NCBI RefSeq assembly: GCF_000142905.1
Contig: NW_013657678.1
Span: 496,001-560,000 of the forward strand
DNA length: 64,000 bases
Direction: 5' to 3'
Source: Thecamonas trahens ATCC 50062
Lineage: Eukaryota; Protista; Apusomonadida
Shown: in pieces, positions 45,467-56,682 of the stretch
How the letters are laid out: the number at the start of each line of letters is the position of its first letter
How positions within the stretch are numbered: position 1 is the stretch's first letter
Notes under the pieces: model-generated
What the model saw: the letters and a program-made list of their open reading frames with translations, nothing else
Told to the model about the DNA's origin: nothing
Database searches by the model: none
Made by a program: the position numbers and the translations under genes

Positions 45467-46404
45467 ATGTCGTCCGGACCGGTCACACCACGGACGCACC
45501 ACACCCGGGGGGGTACACTAGCACAGCCAGCGGGGGTGGTACAGCGAGTGTTCCAAGTCTGGCAGGAGCAGCTCGACGTGCTGGCGGTGGAGCCAGAGCA
45601 GGGGCAGGAGCAGGAGGAGGAGGAGGAGCAGGAGCTGGAGCAGGAGCGGGTCAGCTTGGCGGAGGAGGCGGAGTGAGCAAGATGGCCGAGGCTGGAGAGG
45701 GTGGAAAGAAGCGCAAGAAGGGCAGGCGGAGGAAAAAGGGGAAATCGGCGTCATCGGTGGCTCATCTTGGCTTGGCCAAGCCGGTCAAGGTCGTCTCCAT
45801 CTCGGTCTATGATGACGATGATGTTGTTCGTGCCGCAGCTGTCAAGGCTCTCGAGGACATGCAGTTCCTCACGCTGGGCAAGGCTATGCCGAGCTCACCG
45901 CCCAAGGCCTTTGCTGCGTATACGCTGCCGGCCCAGATCCTGGAAGCTGCCGCGGCGGACGGCACGCGAGTCCAGACTGCGGCGTCGCTCGCTCGGGCGC
46001 ACGCAGAGTCGGACGCCTTTGACGTCAGTTCGAGCGAGGCCCGGGACGGCGTCGTCCTTGCCCTCTCCTCGCTCGAGGTCAAGGACATTCTCGAGATCTT
46101 CTCCTTTATCGCCGCCAAGCAGTGGACCATCGTCCGCAAGCTCGCCCGGCACGGCCACCATCCGGCGCTGTTCAAGGGCATTGTCTGCTCTCGCTTTGCC
46201 GATGAGCTCTGGCTCACATCAGTCAAGGTTCTTGTTCTCCACGTCATGGACGCTGCGTCCACCTCCTTTGCCGGCCTCCTCATCTACTCGACCACAGACA
46301 GCTTCCTTCTCAAGGTCGCCGACCGCATCGCCGCCATGGCCTCAGCCTCGACAGTCTCCGAGGGTGATGACTGGACTGCTGGGCTTCCACTCTCGCTGTG
46401 GTAG
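45467..46404 (+). CDS. hypothetical protein (start 45682, or 45467 with a 1-nt frameshift near 45670)
   Basis: Globular-looking C-terminal half with coding-like codon use. The acidic upstream ORF joins in frame if one G is added near 45670. Confidence 0.55.
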
Positions 46405-46717
46405 CTCCGTGCGGCAGAGATGTATTGAGAGAGAGAGTGTGTGTGTGTGTGTGTGCTGTGACACTCTCGTAAAATGTGGGCACCCCCCATGCATGCACGA
46501 AGATCCCGGATTCTCTTTCTGGTGGCGTCTGACATGTACCAAGCTCGATGCCACTATGGGACCGACGCTCGGCCCCTCTCTCACGCCTCTTTCTCCGGCA
46601 CAGTGCGTGTGTCGATCAGTGCGAGTAGTTTGACGATGCAGTTGTGCGAGTTTGCCTGAATCCATCCCATCTCTTCCTTTGGCTCAGCGCTTGACGTGCC
46701 GACGGGCTTTGATCACG

Positions 46718-49070
46718 ATGGCGATCGATCACGACGACAGCCACCCACGCCACCTCCCAACCACACCGCCCACCTCTCTCGCTCACCCCTACCACGCCAA
46801 CAGCCACATGCCAGACGGCGGAACAGGTAGCGAGAGGAGCCGGACAAGCCAGCAGCGGGCGCTGTCGATGCTCAAGGCGCAGCGGAAGAAGCTGCAGGCG
46901 CAGCACAAGGCCGAGTCGGCAGCGGCGTTGGCGCGCAAAGGCGGTCGACGGCGGCCCGGTGGACGTGACAAGGAAAATGCAAAAAATTGACAAGCACCCC
47001 CCATCATCGTCCTCTGCTCGACTCCCGCGCAACTCGCACCCACCTCGCGCACGGCATACGCCGCAGCCTCGCACTGTGCAGCCTCGCGCTGTGCGGCCAC
47101 CTGTCCTCCGCCCGCCCACGCCGCCATCGGACGGGCGGCGCCACTCTCGCAGGCCGACCCAGGCGTACACCCCTCCGTCCAAGCCTGAGCCGTTTTCGCC
47201 GCTCTCGGCGGCGTCGGCTTCGCCGGCCTCCGCCGCCTCGCCGGCACAGGCTGGTGGGAGCCAGCCACTCTCCAAGCATCGCCTCACCTCGCTCATTTCA
47301 TTTCTCGACGCTGTGGAGGCCGGCGATGCGGCGTCGGCGTCGCCTGGCGCGCTCTCGGGCTCGTTCTCACCGGTGGAGGCGTCACGGCGCGGGCCGACCT
47401 CGCCATCGCTCTCTCCAGCACCAGGGTCCTCGGCGAGCACGCCACCAGGACCCGGCACGTCGGCAGCGGCGGCTGAAGAGTCGAGCAAGACGATTGCGCT
47501 GCTGCAGTCGACGTTGCGCGAGACCCGGGCCAACGCTGCGCTGCAGGTTCGTGCAGCACAAGCGGCTGGTGAAAAGGCCGCCGACGCAGTCCGGGGTGAG
47601 ATGGAGGCCGCGCTTGTCCGTCACCAGGAGCTCATTGACGGGCTGCTTGCCGACAAGGCGGCACTCGCGGACAAGTGCGAAGTGCTTGCCGCCCAGAACT
47701 CGGACCTCGAGGCCGCACACCGGCTCCGCGAAGAGCGGCTGCAAAAAGCGTCGCAGCAGGCTATTGCCGCCGCCCGAGAGAAGCTCGTTGCCGCCGAGAA
47801 GATCCGTCGGGAAAAGTGGATGGCAGCCAACCGCAACGCCATCAAGGAAGAGACCATTGCTGCGCTCGAGCCCGAGATCCAGCGGCTGCTGGCAAAACAC
47901 AAGTCGGATCTTGCGGCAGCGGCGGCGGCTGCTGCTGCCGACAAGCGGGCAGCTCTTGACGCCGCCGCCGCCGACGCCGCCTCGGCCGCCGCCCGCCTCC
48001 GTGACGAGTGGCAAGCCAAGCTTGACGCTGCGCTCGCCGACGCCGCCGATGCCAGGCGCGGCGTCGCCGCCTCGGCCTCTGCCCGCGCTGAAGAGGAGCT
48101 GGCTGCTGAGCGCGAGGCTTGGAAGGCTAAGTTCGACGCCGAGCGGGCCGCCGCCGCTGCCGAGCTCGACCGCATCCGGGCGGCCCAGCAGAAGCGACTC
48201 GACGCGGCAGCGCGCGATGCTGACGCGCGGCTTGCCGCTGCCCTCGACGACGCCGAGGCCCGTCGTGCCGAGGAGGCTCGTCGTGCCGCTGTCGCGCTCG
48301 CCACTGCCAAGGAAGAAGCGGCGCTTCAGATGGAGACGTTCAAGACGCAGTACATGCGTTCAGTCCGTGCCAAGGCCGAGGCGGCCGAGGCCCGGCTTCG
48401 CGAGCAGCTCAACGAGCAGCGCGACGCCCAGATCAAGCGAGTCATCGCCAAGCTCGACGACGAGGCCGCTGCGCTCGAAGATGAGCTCCGCGCCGACGCT
48501 GCGGCTTCGGTCAAGGCCGAGACTGCTGCGCTAGAGACTGAGCTGGCGGACGCTCGGGCCGACGTGGCTGCCGCCAATCGCGAGACGGCGCTTGTCCGCG
48601 CTAGGATTGCTGAGTTGGAGACCGCGCTCGCTGAGACCGCGACTGAGCTTGCCGCCGCGCGCGAGACGGCCGACAAGGCCACCGCCACCGCGGATGATCT
48701 CCGCCGCGAGCGCGACACCGCTCGCGCCCGCGTCGCTGAGCTCGAGTCTGAGCTCGCCGACGCCGCAGCCGCTGGGGAGCAAAAGGCCAAGGTGGCGGCG
48801 GCGGACAAGCTCGCTGCTGCCCACAACGCAGTCCGTGTGGCGCAGGACGAGGCCAAGGCAGCGGCGGCGGCGGCTGATGACCGCGTCGCCACGCTCGAAG
48901 CCGCTCATGCTGACGAGCTCGCCGCTGTGGAGGAGCGCGTCCAGCGCGCAGTGGCCAAGCGCGACGAAAAAGTGGCGCAGTACAAGAGTGCGTTGCGTAA
49001 GGCCAAGGATGACATTGTTACTTACAAGCGCATGCTCGCTGAGCAGCGCAAACTGCTCGTGACGGCATGA
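46718..49070 (+). CDS. CEP131: centrosomal protein CEP131/AZI1-like; frameshift in A6 run 46981-46986
   Basis: RHQELIDGLLADKAALADKCE, AEKIRREKW...IKEETIAALEPEIQRLLAKHK, RDAQIKRVIAKL and LISFLDAVE match recalled CEP131 motifs. Confidence 0.85.
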
Positions 49071-49079
49071 TGATGCGGC

Positions 49080-51871
49080 TCAGGCGAGCGCCTGGACCAA
49101 TACGTACAAGACCTCACGCATCGACGCAAAGTATTCGGCGGCGTCGCGGTCGTTGTAGTCGTCGCGGACAGCCTGGAACCAGGCCGAGCCGTGGTAAAAG
49201 TGCAGGAGAATGCCCGGGAGGATGATAGTGATGGGGAGCGTGAGGGCTCGGGCGGCGGCGACGGTGACATTAAAGTCAATCTCGACCGCCATGTTCTCAA
49301 CCGCGGTCAGAGTGCGGCGCCGGGCCTCGCGGAGGTGCGGCGTGGCCAGCCGGGCCAGCCGGCGATGGAGGTAGTACGCTGGGAGGTTGACCGGAATCTG
49401 CACGAGCGCCGCCGACGCCACCAGCGGGATGTACAGAATTGTTGCTGGGAGGTAGTGGGTGACGAGCCAGGGCACCGAGATGGTGAAGAGGAGGACAAAG
49501 AAGAGCGACGAGGCAAGCATCCGTAGCGGCTGCAGCCGCAGCAGCCGGCACGATCCAACCTGGAAGACTTGGTACACGATGGCGCCGTGGGTGAGGAACG
49601 AAGTCTGTGAGAGGAACACAAACGCCACCTCGTACTGGTAGAAGCCTGAGCAGGCCTGGAAGGCCGCAGTGTTGGATTCGCGGTTGTAGGCAGCGTAGAG
49701 GATAATGAGCGCGGTCACCTGCGCCACGACCTGCGCAAACTCGATGAGATATGAGATGCCGACTCGCGCGCCCAGTGGAATTTGCACTGCGTCGATCTGC
49801 GCCTTACGACGGGCGCGCGAGCGCGAGCGCGAGCGTGAGCGTGAGCGTGGGTGTGGGCGTGAGTGTGAGTGTGAGCGTGGGCGGGCAGGTGATCGCCTTG
49901 ATGCCTCCTCCTCTTGCTGCTCGTACTCGGACGAGTACGAGTCGTACGATGAAGTTGTCGACATGACGACGTCGGCATAGGCCGGTGGATCATCTGACGG
50001 AAGCGAAGGCACGCGTGTGGCGGCCTCGACAGCCCTCTCAAGCGCGGTGAGCTTGAGATAGGTGAGAAGGAACGGGACAGAGGCGGAGAAGATCAGTTGG
50101 AGGCCGACAACAAAGTACGGCTTGGAAAGGAGCCGGTGGGTGTAGACATGGCACGGTGGTGGCGGTGGCGACGGAGGCGACGGCGGAGTTGGCGCAGCGG
50201 GCAGAGTCGGGCACCAGAAGGCCACCGGCGTCTCGACATCGGCATCGGGGCACTGGGCAGTGACAGCATCGGCGACAATCACTGCACCGTCACCGGAGCA
50301 ACCGCCAAGCGCGAGTGCACGGACGTAGAACGTGGCGGCGCCGTTGGCGCCGACGGCTGCCACCGGATTGGCCTGAGAAGCGTGAAGGCCGGAGGCATCG
50401 CCGGCGAGCGTACCTGTGGCCGGATCGACGGTGATGGCGACGTGCTTGTCGGCGCCCGAGGTGCCGATGTCAAGCACAGCGGCGTTGCCGAGCAGGCCCG
50501 AGTCGTCGTACAGCTGGATCTGGAGCGGGACGCTGCCGCCCGAGCCGGAGACTAGCACGAGTGTGGACCACATGATGTCTGCAACCGAGTCGGCTTCGAG
50601 ATGCGGCGCCTCGTCAAAGCTATGCAGCGCGGTTGAAGTCGAGGTCACGGGAGCACGGACGCGGATGAACAGGTCTTCTTTGTTGGCAGATCCCGCATCC
50701 GAGCCCGCCCCAATCTTGTTGGCGGCGAGTGTACGGACGACTATGGCCCGTGGGTTGGCGCAGCCGGTGAGTGTGGCGCCGAGTGCGGCAAAGGGCTGGC
50801 GCGTGAGAGGCCAGCCCACCGATGCTGGCCACGCTCTCGTCTCGCTGTAGAGGCGATTGACGAGGTACGCGGCAAAGGGCTGGCTCGAGGCCAGAGCTGC
50901 AAAGGCATTGCGCGGGAAGCGGAGCCAGTCTGCTGCAAAGTACGGCTCTTCGACCGAGGCAAAGTGGGTGGCATCGCCCGAGCCGGAGCCCTTCCAATGA
51001 CCGTCCTGCGCCACGGGAATGGCTGCCGGGACGGCAATGTCGCGCATGGCAACGTACTCGGCAGCAATGGCTGTTGCCTCGCTTGCAGTAACAATGAACT
51101 CCCACCCGATGCAACTCCGGTGAGTATTGCTGGGTGGTGTGCGGCAAGGTGGGCGCGGACGCGCTCGAGGAACTCGATGGAGGCCGCGAGCGCAAAGCCG
51201 TAGGCTTCGTGGAACAGCGGGCGGTTGGCCGAGTCCTTGTTGAGACCGCGACAGTAGTCGCCGTGAGCCTCAAGAGGGTGGTTGCGGAGAACCCACTCGC
51301 CTTCGATGCGGGCGGCGGGAGGGAGATTGCGGAGGTGCTGCGAGGCGTTGCCGGTCCGCAGTGCACTGCCGAGCGCCTCGATCTGCGCTTGCGTGTAGGC
51401 GCCAAGGGTATCAGCGCGGAGGCACAGAGTACACTCTGACGAAGTGTTGCGCGCGTGGAGCTCGACCCACGTCGCATGGGCATACAGATCCTGGATGGCG
51501 TGCAGGCCGGCGCCGACGGCGAGGAGGGCTCGGATCGGATTGGCCGGCAGCTCACTGTCAACCACGTCCAGCGTTCCGTTTTCCACAGTGGCAAGGTAGC
51601 CAAGCACATCTTGAGCATTTTGCAGTCCGTGAGCATGCAGCTTTTGAATGCCGGCAGCCCAAGTGGGCGCTTCTGCTCGTGGCGGGGCAGCAAAGACGCC
51701 AGCATACTCGACGAAAAAAGAGCCGAGGACCAAAAGTTGCGTCGTCGCTGACGATCCTTCGGCGCCGAACACACAGCCGGCGGCGTTGGTGGTAGCGTCG
51801 GCATGGTGACCGATAGAAAACGCTTCAGAGACAGAAAAGTGGGCAAGTGTAAGGAAAGCAAGCAAGAGCAT
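49080..51871 (-). CDS. Het-C/VWA7-N-type extracellular domain + beta-rich domain + Pro linker + multi-pass TM region, ~930 aa; 1-nt frameshift at 51105-51107
   Basis: Signal peptide MLLLAFLTLAHFSVSEA; FSIGHH; GLHAIQDLYAHATWVE; HG...GLNKD. One added G joins it to the frame of ORF 49080-51047, which carries ~6 hydrophobic helices. Confidence 0.72.
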
Positions 51872-52197
51872 GCTGCTACGAAGTGGTGTCGGCATTGGTG
51901 GCGAGACTCGTGATGCCGAGCAAGACAAGTGGCCGTGGTTGTGAGTTGAGGCCGTGCGTGGCGTGTATTGCAGTTCCACGTGTGGGGGTATTTTTTCTGT
52001 TTTTTGGGCACCCAGTGGTTTTGTGGACAATGGTATTGCCATAGCAATGGCAAGGGGCGACATCATGGGTACAGTGGGAGGGGATGGCGACGAGTGCAGA
52101 GTGGAGGTTGCCGTTGTGGCGCGGTCGAGCTGATGCCATTTGGTATTGTCATGTTTTTCAGCAGGTCACGTGGTGAGGGCGGCGGATGTGGCTACGG

Positions 52198-53840
52198 CTA
52201 GTGCAGGAGAGCGAGCTCGTCGTCATCGTCGTTGTCGGAAGAGGTGTTGGGAGCTGTGACAGCGTTGAAGGACACTTCGTCGTCGTCGGGAAGATGTAAC
52301 GAGTCGACGGTGAGCGAGGCGGCAGGAGGGGCAGAGGGCGGCGAGGTGGCAGGCAGCGGATCCGAGTCCGAGTCCGAGTCCGCGTCCGAGTCTGAGACCG
52401 GATCGGTGGCGATGACCGAGGCGACGGCGGGGGAGGAGCGTGCGTGATGGAGCCAGAGGGAGGCGAGGATAAGCGATTGCGGGCGGACGGCCGGGTCGAG
52501 GCCATCGACCGCTGGCTGGCGCGGGGCGAGTGCTGCGTGCCAGAGATCCTGCAAAAGCCAAAGCCACTCGGTGCGGACGACGGGCGAGGCGACGGAGAAC
52601 GAGTGCTTTGTAGCCTTGGGCTTCTTCTTCTTGGCGGCGGTGTGGGCGGCAAGGGGTGTGCAGATAATGTCAAAGGCCGTGTCGTCCGAGGGCGAGGCGC
52701 GGATGGCGTCAATGGCGGTGTAGGGGATGACGTAGCGGAAGAGCGGAGCGAGCGAGAAGGGGATGGGCGGGCCGTTGAGGACGTAGGGAAGGCCCGGCAG
52801 GTTCTGGATGGCATACTCGCCGGGGCCGGAGGGGCCTGAAGCAGTGAGGCCTGCAGTGAGGGTGCCGAGCTTTTTGAAACTGCTCTTGAGCTTGTTGAGG
52901 CCGTGGCGCATTTTGCGGAGCGATGACGACGACTCGGGTGGGGCGAGCCAGACCAGGGCATCGCGGAGGGCGAGAATGATGCGCGGCGAGCCGTTGGACT
53001 TGATCCAAAGGCCGTGGCGGAGGAGCTCCGGCGGGGCGGCGCGCCACTCGTCAAGAAAGGCCGAGTCGATGTCAGTGACGCTGCCGAGGAACTTCAGGAC
53101 GCCCGCGGTCTTGAGCGGAGCGTAGAGCGCGGCCTGGGTGGTGTTTGCGGCATGGACAAGGAGGCCACCGGCGAGGTTACCAAGGCCGTCGTCGGAGGCG
53201 GCGACAGCGAGGTCGCGCTCGAGACGGAGCGGCGCGCCAAGAAGGCGGGCTGCCCTCTCATTGCCGCCGTCCAGCTCGGCGAGGGCGGCGGCAAAGGGCG
53301 GGTGCCAGGCCACGAGCGCGTCGGCGACGAGGGCCGGCGAAAAGACGCCCGAGGAGGCCTCGGAGAGCGGCGAGTCAGCATCATCGCCATCAGCGGAGAC
53401 CCTGCCAAGAGCCCACTCGGCGAGCGCAAGCGCGTAAGCATGGCATGCCGGATGGAGAAGGTAGGCGGCGTTAGTGGCGAGCTCGGCAAGCGGGGCGGCG
53501 TGCGGGATAGCAAAGGCTGGCGCGGCATGTTGCGGCGGTGAGGTGGGTGCGGCACTCGTCTGTGGCGACGTGTCGGAACTGACGGCATCTGACGCAGGCG
53601 ACAAAGTCGCCGACAACGAAGGATCATCTTGCGGCGGCGACGAGGGAGCACCAGTGGCTCCACTCGCTGCAGCACCTGCAGCAGGCGATGATGAGGATGA
53701 GGCCGATGAAGGTTGCGGCGGCGGCGGTGCGGCAACAATACGTCGAGCCAGAGCAGCCAGGGCAGGCAGTCGGGAACGAAGACAGGCGAGCGGAGCTTGC
53801 ACATGTTCTTCCAGATCTTGTGGGAGGTGCACCACGAGCT
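52198..53840 (-). CDS. hypothetical protein with C-terminal PH-like domain; last exon, 5' part probably in gap
   Basis: ELLRHGLWIK...RIILALRDALVW...YVIPY...AFDII...HSFSVASPVVRTEWLWLLQ is a PH-like pattern; putative CAG acceptor near 53840. Confidence 0.55.
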
Positions 53841-53949
53841 GCGATGGGTAGCCATTATGAGCGATGGTGAGCACTCGCGGACCCCCAAACAAATATGTAC
53901 ATGACAAAACCGACCCCCCCCCCCTCCCCCCTCCTCCCCCCTCTCCCCC

Positions 53950-54049
53950 NNNNNNNNNNNNNNNNNNNNNNNNNNNNNNNNNNNNNNNNNNNNNNNNNNN
54001 NNNNNNNNNNNNNNNNNNNNNNNNNNNNNNNNNNNNNNNNNNNNNNNNN
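53950..54049. other. assembly gap (100 N)
   Basis: N run. Confidence 1.
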
Positions 54050-54130
54050 CCCCCCCCCCCCCGGGGGTTTTTTTTTTTTTTTGGGGGGGGGGGAAAAAAA
54101 AAAAAAAAAAGCCCCCCCCCCACCACAACT

Positions 54131-56655
54131 ATGTCCCTTCACAAGTCTACGAAACATGACGCAGAACACCAGGCAAGACTGAGCAAGCTGTTGCAGGTGT
54201 CAGCCAACTCGCGTTGCGCAGAATGTGGCTCTCGTGAGGTTATGTGGGCATCGGTCAACTTGGGCGTTTTTCTCTGTCCGCGATGCTCGGGCATTCATCG
54301 ATCTCTTGGTGTTCATATCTCTCAAGTGAGGAGCATTGAACTGGATTCATGGACAGAGGCCCAAGTTGAGACCATGGAGAAGATCGGAAACAAAGTTGCT
54401 GCTGCTGTCTACGAGGCAAACATCCCCGCTTGGGTCGAGTATCCCTCCGAGCATGATGATCGCTCTACTCTTGAGGCTTGGATCGAGGCAAAGTATGTCA
54501 AGAAGGAGTACTTTTCAGAGATCGAGTTTGTCAACATCATGGAGGCTGCCTCTACCACACAGACTTCTGCTGCTACCGCTGCCCCGTTGCTTGAGCACGG
54601 GAACGGCTCGGCGCCGTCCACACCGTCCATCGTGACCACCACCGCCGGAGACGGCAGCTCGCCCGGCTCGCGCGAGAGCTCACCGGAGCTTGGGGAGTTG
54701 TCGCCGACCTCGGCCTCGATCTTCCAGCAGCGGATCGGCGTCCGTCGCGCAAGCTCGGCGTCGCTACGCAAGGTCCAGGCCATGGCCAAGAACGCAGCTG
54801 CGGCGGCGAGTGCCAGCGAAAACGGCGGCGGCGAGAACGGCGAGAGCGGCGAGAACGGCGAGTGTGACGGCGAGGGGGATACCGGGGGCGAGGACGAGCG
54901 CTGCGGCTGGCTTTTCAAGCGCGGCGGGCGATGGAAGAACTGGAAGCGGCGGTGGTGCGTGCTCCGCGACGACAAGCGGATCTACTACTACGAGTCGCCC
55001 GAGGCGACCGAGCCCAAGGGCTCCATGGACTGCACCTCAGGCATCTTTACCGAGGCTGCCGAGTCCAAGTTCAACAAGCCGTACGCCTTTACCATCCACG
55101 CCCAGGACCGAACCTGGGTCCTCCACGCCGAGTCCAAGGAGGACCGTACAAAGTGGATCACCTACCTGTTCAAGGTGGCGCTCGGCATTGACCTCGACGC
55201 GTCGCTCGGCACGTCGCGCGCAGAGGGCGAGGCCGCCGCCACGTCGACAACCGACGTCCTCGACGAGCTCTCCGACTCGGACTCGGACGACGAGCCCGAG
55301 TTCCCTTGGCTCGACGAGCCATCACCCGGCGGGTTCATGGCCAAGGGTGGGAACGCCGCCAAGGCCGTCGCGCCCTTTGCCGACCGCCCCGACGCGCCCT
55401 CCCACGTCTTTTATGTCCGTCTCACCGAGTCGCTCGGTGAGACGCCCATCCGCGCCGTCCTCGCCTGCCACGACACCGGCATTGTCGTCTACCGCGCCGT
55501 CCTCGCCAAGCAGGGCGAGGCGCGCATCCTCTACCAGGAGCCATGGTCGTCTGTCTGGCTCGTTCACGTCCGCGATATCCCGGGCTTTGTTCGCGCCTCC
55601 TTTGCCCTTATTCTCGACGCCGTCTCGGTCCTCATCGCCACACCGACCCCGGCGTGCAAGGCTCAGCTTGCGGGCGTCTTTGCCTCCTTCCTCCGCCGCG
55701 CAGACTCGGACGCCGCCCTTGAGTCTGCTGCCACCCGCGCTGCCGCCGCAGACGCCATCCGCGCTGAACTCGACGCCGGCGTTGCCTTTCCCACCTCGCT
55801 TTGCGGCGCTGCCTCGGCCGACTCGCTACCCACCCTCCAGATCCAGACCCTCGCCTTTAACGCCCTCGCTGCATCGCTTGGCCTCCCGCCGCTCGACCTG
55901 CGTGAGGACGCCGCGTCGTCGGAGCCCATCCCGGCTCGCGCCCTCCCTGCTCTCTGCGACGAGCTCGCCTTTTCGAAGAACGAGCTCGCCGAGATGAACC
56001 ACCAGCTCACCCACGCTCGCCAACTCCTCGATGAGAAGCGCGCCGCCCGCGCCGCTGCTGCTGCCGCTGCTGCCGCCGACGCCGCCTGGATTCGTGTCCT
56101 CGACGCCACCCGCGACGCCTACTACTACTACCATGCCGATACGCACAAAGTCGCGTGGCTCAAGCCCGAGGCCGCAAGTGAGGGAGAGGGCTTGAACGTT
56201 GCCGAGGCCAACAGCAATCCTGAAGTCGCGTCCTCCTCCTCCCCGCCCCTGGCACTACCGACCCGCCGCCGCGGCCCACCACCGCGCCCCGACCCAAGCT
56301 TGCCCTCGACGAGCTTGACACCTCACCGATCGCTCTGGCCTCGCCGGCCACCAGCGCACCAGCTACACCTGGCGCGCCGGGCATTCCAGGCACGCCAGGC
56401 ACACCAAGCACACCAGGCACACCGGGCACACCAGGCACGCCAGGCACGCCGGGTACACCGGGGTCGGCTGGCAAGAAAGACAAGAAGGCGAGCAAGACCA
56501 AGGACAAGACCAAGGACAAGGCCAAGGACAAGACCAAGGACAAGACCAAGTCCAAAGACAAGTCCAAAGACAAATCAAAGTCCAAGACCAAGTCGAAAGA
56601 CAAGAGCAAGGCGCAAGCGCCAGCAGAATCCCAGGCCGAGACACAGGAGGAGTAG
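54131..56655 (+). CDS. ArfGAP + PH + coiled coil + WW protein with PGT and KDKT repeats, ~841 aa; 1-nt frameshift at 56241-56244
   Basis: ArfGAP CAECGS...WASVNLGVFLCPRCSGIHRSLGVHISQVRS; PH GWLFKRGGRWKNWKRRW...KWI; WW AWIRVLD...YYYYHADTHKVAWLKP. Repaired tail (PGT)n then (KDKT)n ends at TAG 56655. Confidence 0.85.
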
Positions 56656-56682
56656 AGTGGCAGAGTAACACGCGTAGTTCAT

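Noticed and set aside
54050-54121. C/G/T/G/A/C homopolymer block resembling a hairpin
   Set aside because: Low-quality contig edge next to a gap.
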